From a virus: DNA of 41,100 bases. The translations under genes were made by a program, and so were the position numbers. This document shows, one piece after another, positions 39,127 to 41,100 of the stretch. The stretch covers positions 1 through 41,100 of IMG/VR virus record IMGVR_UViG_3300005439_000007; one strand, written 5' to 3'. The stretch's first letter is position 1, and each line of letters begins with the position of its first letter. The notes under the pieces were generated by a model that ran no database searches, was not told the DNA's origin, and saw only the letters and a program-made list of their open reading frames with translations.

Positions 39127-41100
39127 ATGTTCGAAGCTACTCCGACGCCACAGACCGCACCGCAAGCTGCTCCGCAGCCCACGAACAGCAGCTACGTGTA
39201 TTGGGCTTCGAAGCCGGCTGAAGAGCTGGTCGGAGAGCTCCGCGAGAAGGAGCGCATGTACTTCGATGCGGCCACGCGCCGCGGACTGAAGAGCATGTGG
39301 GCCATCGCCTGGGCGCAGTACTACGGCACCGACCCAGCGAACCCGAGCGACCTTGCGACGCAGACGACCGCGCGCACAGGTCCCGAAAGCGAGTTCACGA
39401 GGTTCCGCATCAACGAGGTCCGCAGCTTCATCAAGCAGCAGAACGTGATCGCGCTCGGCGAGCGCCCGGCATTCCAATGCCTCGTGCTGAACAGCGACCA
39501 CGACGCCGTCAGCAGCGTCGAGATCGCGGACAGCATCGTCGAGTACCTCTACAAAAAGGGGCTCGGCGAGGAGAAGGAGCGGCAGACGCTGGAGATGGAA
39601 GGCGTCTTCGGCGGCGCGTACGCGCACCTACGCTGGGACTTCGCCGGTGGCGACGACATCACGACGATGCAGCCGGTCAACGGCCCGGATGGCCGGCCCG
39701 TGATCGGCCCCGACGGCATGCCGGCGATGATGCCGCACGAGCAGAAGTCAGGCGTTCCCTACGTCGACGTGATGGCGCCATGGGAAGTTCCCCGCGGGCT
39801 CACGACGCGCGAGCTCGACTGGGTTCTGGTGCGCGAGCGCGCGAGCAAGTCGGAGATCATTGCGACGTATCCAGCGCTCGCCGATCAGATCGACGGCGCG
39901 ACGACGCTCGACGAGTACACGGTCGAACGCCTGTTCGGCTACGACTACGACTTCAAGGACGACGCCGACGACGGCATCGTGAAGCACTTCTATCACCCGA
40001 AGTGCAAGGCGATGCCCGAGGGTCGCTACGTCGGTCTGTGGGGTGACGTCGTGTTGTGGGACGAGGCGATCCCCGTGCCCGAAGGCACGCCGGTGATCGA
40101 GATGTGCTCGGGCAAGTTCATCGGCTCGAGCTTCGGTTACGCCGACTCGTGGGACCTGATTTCGATCCAAGAGATGATCGATCAGATGGTGAGCGACACG
40201 GCGTCGAACCTGTCGACGTTCGGCCGCAACACCATCGTCTACGACAAGGGCAGCGAGATGGACGTCTCGCTGATCGCCATGGGCCTGCGCGCGCTCGCGA
40301 AGACGCCGGGCAGCGATCCCCCGCAGGCGATCAACTACGCCTCGATGCCGGAGTCGGTGAAGTGGTTCATCGAGTACCTGCACGCGCGGCATGAATCGAT
40401 CTCGGGCTTGAACAGCGTCGCGCGCGGCAACCCGAGCGACAACATCAAGAGCGGCCAGATGGCGGCGCTCTTCCACTCGATTGCCATCGAGTTCCAGAGC
40501 GCGCGGCAAGCAGCGCTCGACAACTTCCGCGAGCGCATGGCGAACATGATGCTCGACATGGTCCGCAGCTACGCGGACACGCCGTTTCTGATCGAGGTGG
40601 CCGGCGTCGAAGAGCGGCCGTATCTGCGCGAGTTCACCAAGCAGAACGTGAGCGGCGTGCGGAAGGTCCGCGTCGAGACAGCGAACCCGATGCTGCGCTC
40701 GCAGGCGGGCCGCTTTGAGATGTTTCAGGCGGTCTTCAATCCGAACGTGCAGCCCGAAGACCGGGACGCGGTCGTGCGTGGGCTCACAACGGGCGATTGG
40801 AGCGGCGTGACCGACAAGGCGCGCTCGCGTGACCTGCGCGTGCTCTGGGAGAACGAGCAGCTGGCGAACGGAGCGACGCAACAGGTGCTCGTCGCCGCGG
40901 GTGACAACCCGTTCAAGCATGTGCCCGAGCACTGGCAGCTGTTCGAGAAGCTCAGCTCTCAGGACGGCGCCGATCCGAAGCTTCTGCAGGGCGTCCTCGA
41001 GCACATTCTCGAGCACTTGCAGCAGTGGCAGATGATCGACCCGCGTCTCGCGACGCTGCTCAACATCCCGCTGCCTCCGCCGATGCCCGGCACGCCGACG
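39127..41100 (+). CDS. Portal protein (658 codons to the window end; about 723 aa when joined to 41..238)
   Basis: An uninterrupted GC3-rich frame runs from ATG 39127, with an in-frame TAG at 39118, to the window end. It is absent from the ORF track because it has no stop. It lies between terL and the scaffold gene, and its size matches P22-type portals. Confidence 0.8.
   Translation, partial: MFEATPTPQTAPQAAPQPTNSSYVYWASKPAEELVGELREKERMYFDAATRRGLKSMWAIAWAQYYGTDPANPSDLATQTTARTGPESEFTRFRINEVRSFIKQQNVIALGERPAFQCLVLNSDHDAVSSVEIADSIVEYLYKKGLGEEKERQTLEMEGVFGGAYAHLRWDFAGGDDITTMQPVNGPDGRPVIGPDGMPAMMPHEQKSGVPYVDVMAPWEVPRGLTTRELDWVLVRERASKSEIIATYPALADQIDGATTLDEYTVERLFGYDYDFKDDADDGIVKHFYHPKCKAMPEGRYVGLWGDVVLWDEAIPVPEGTPVIEMCSGKFIGSSFGYADSWDLISIQEMIDQMVSDTASNLSTFGRNTIVYDKGSEMDVSLIAMGLRALAKTPGSDPPQAINYASMPESVKWFIEYLHARHESISGLNSVARGNPSDNIKSGQMAALFHSIAIEFQSARQAALDNFRERMANMMLDMVRSYADTPFLIEVAGVEERPYLREFTKQNVSGVRKVRVETANPMLRSQAGRFEMFQAVFNPNVQPEDRDAVVRGLTTGDWSGVTDKARSRDLRVLWENEQLANGATQQVLVAAGDNPFKHVPEHWQLFEKLSSQDGADPKLLQGVLEHILEHLQQWQMIDPRLATLLNIPLPPPMPGTPT
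41061..41100. repeat. Terminal overlap copy 2 (identical to 1..40)
   Basis: Exact 40-nt match to the window start. This looks like an assembly-type direct terminal repeat marking a circular or permuted genome. Confidence 0.95.

Larger units (their letters stand above)
1..41100. mobile_element. Complete temperate phage genome, circular assembly (unique length 41,060 bp), podovirus-like structural gene order
   Basis: The 40-nt ends are identical. Packaging, head, tail, lysogeny, immunity and replication modules are all present with no host-like flanks, and the portal ORF is continuous across the junction. Confidence 0.85.

Noticed and set aside
39748-41016. A 422-aa minus-strand ORF antisense to the portal gene. 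Similar long antisense or off-frame ORFs include 18509..19783 (+), 379..1446 (+), 5767..6684 (-), 2572..3315 (-), 8261..9094 (-), 10054..10893 (-), 10903..11697 (-), 36064..36840 (-) and 38728..39627 (-).
   Set aside because: These are typical stop-poor alternative frames of a high-GC genome. Their translations are Arg/Ala/Pro/His-rich. They fully overlap ORFs that have better codon bias, coupling and recognisable motifs.
1-41100. A T7-like lifestyle (phage RNA polymerase, DNA polymerase) suggested by the T7-like structural gene order.
   Set aside because: No ORF is large enough or carries polymerase motifs. The integrase, Xis-like gene and cI/cro-like switch indicate a temperate, host-polymerase-dependent phage.

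Overview
The window is a complete, circularly closed genome of a high-GC temperate phage (G+C roughly two-thirds by eye, not computed). Bases 1-40 are identical to 41061-41100, so the unique length is 41,060 bp. The portal ORF that runs off the 3' end (39127..41100) continues in frame through the junction to a stop at 236-238.

Layout:
- Plus-strand morphogenesis block: terL (35461..37032), five small ORFs, portal, scaffold-like protein, major capsid protein (own promoter-like site and a strong terminator), a Q/G/M/P-rich low-complexity protein, two large tail/adaptor-like proteins, three large Q/A-rich internal (ejection-like) proteins, five small beta-rich proteins, a LamG-domain fibre with about 15 tandem 20-aa repeats, and three small membrane or coiled-coil proteins.
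- Minus-strand lysogeny/early-left block (18256..23565): cargo ORF, tyrosine integrase, Xis-like HTH, SpoU/TrmH (SPOUT) RNA methyltransferase, Sak4/AAA_24-like ATPase, and small ORFs. It is driven from a good TTGACG-N17-TAATGT promoter overlapped by GTTGAC palindromes.
- Immunity region: glycine-zipper lipoprotein, XRE-type repressor without a peptidase domain, and a divergent Cro-like gene.
- Plus-strand early-right operon (24727..29006): winged-helix replication-like protein with an internal iteron plus polypurine ori-like patch, a possible RusA-like protein, and a compact NPPF adenine methyltransferase.
- Middle/late region (29073..35461): many small, often Cys-rich or membrane proteins.

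The gene order and protein sizes resemble P22/T7-type podoviruses. No tape measure, sheath, RNA polymerase, tRNA, CRISPR array or reverse transcriptase was seen.

Most interesting observations:
- A 389-bp non-coding, heavily structured region (29902..30290) with two tandem units. Each is closed by a 13-14-bp stem, and an A/T difference between the units is compensated in the partner arm.
- A 16-nt leader motif, AAACATTGGAGAACAC, repeated exactly three times.
- A phage-borne SPOUT methyltransferase translationally coupled to xis.
- No recognisable endolysin, despite several clusters of holin- or spanin-like small proteins.

All functional calls come from motif recognition by eye and gene context. 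No database search was run.
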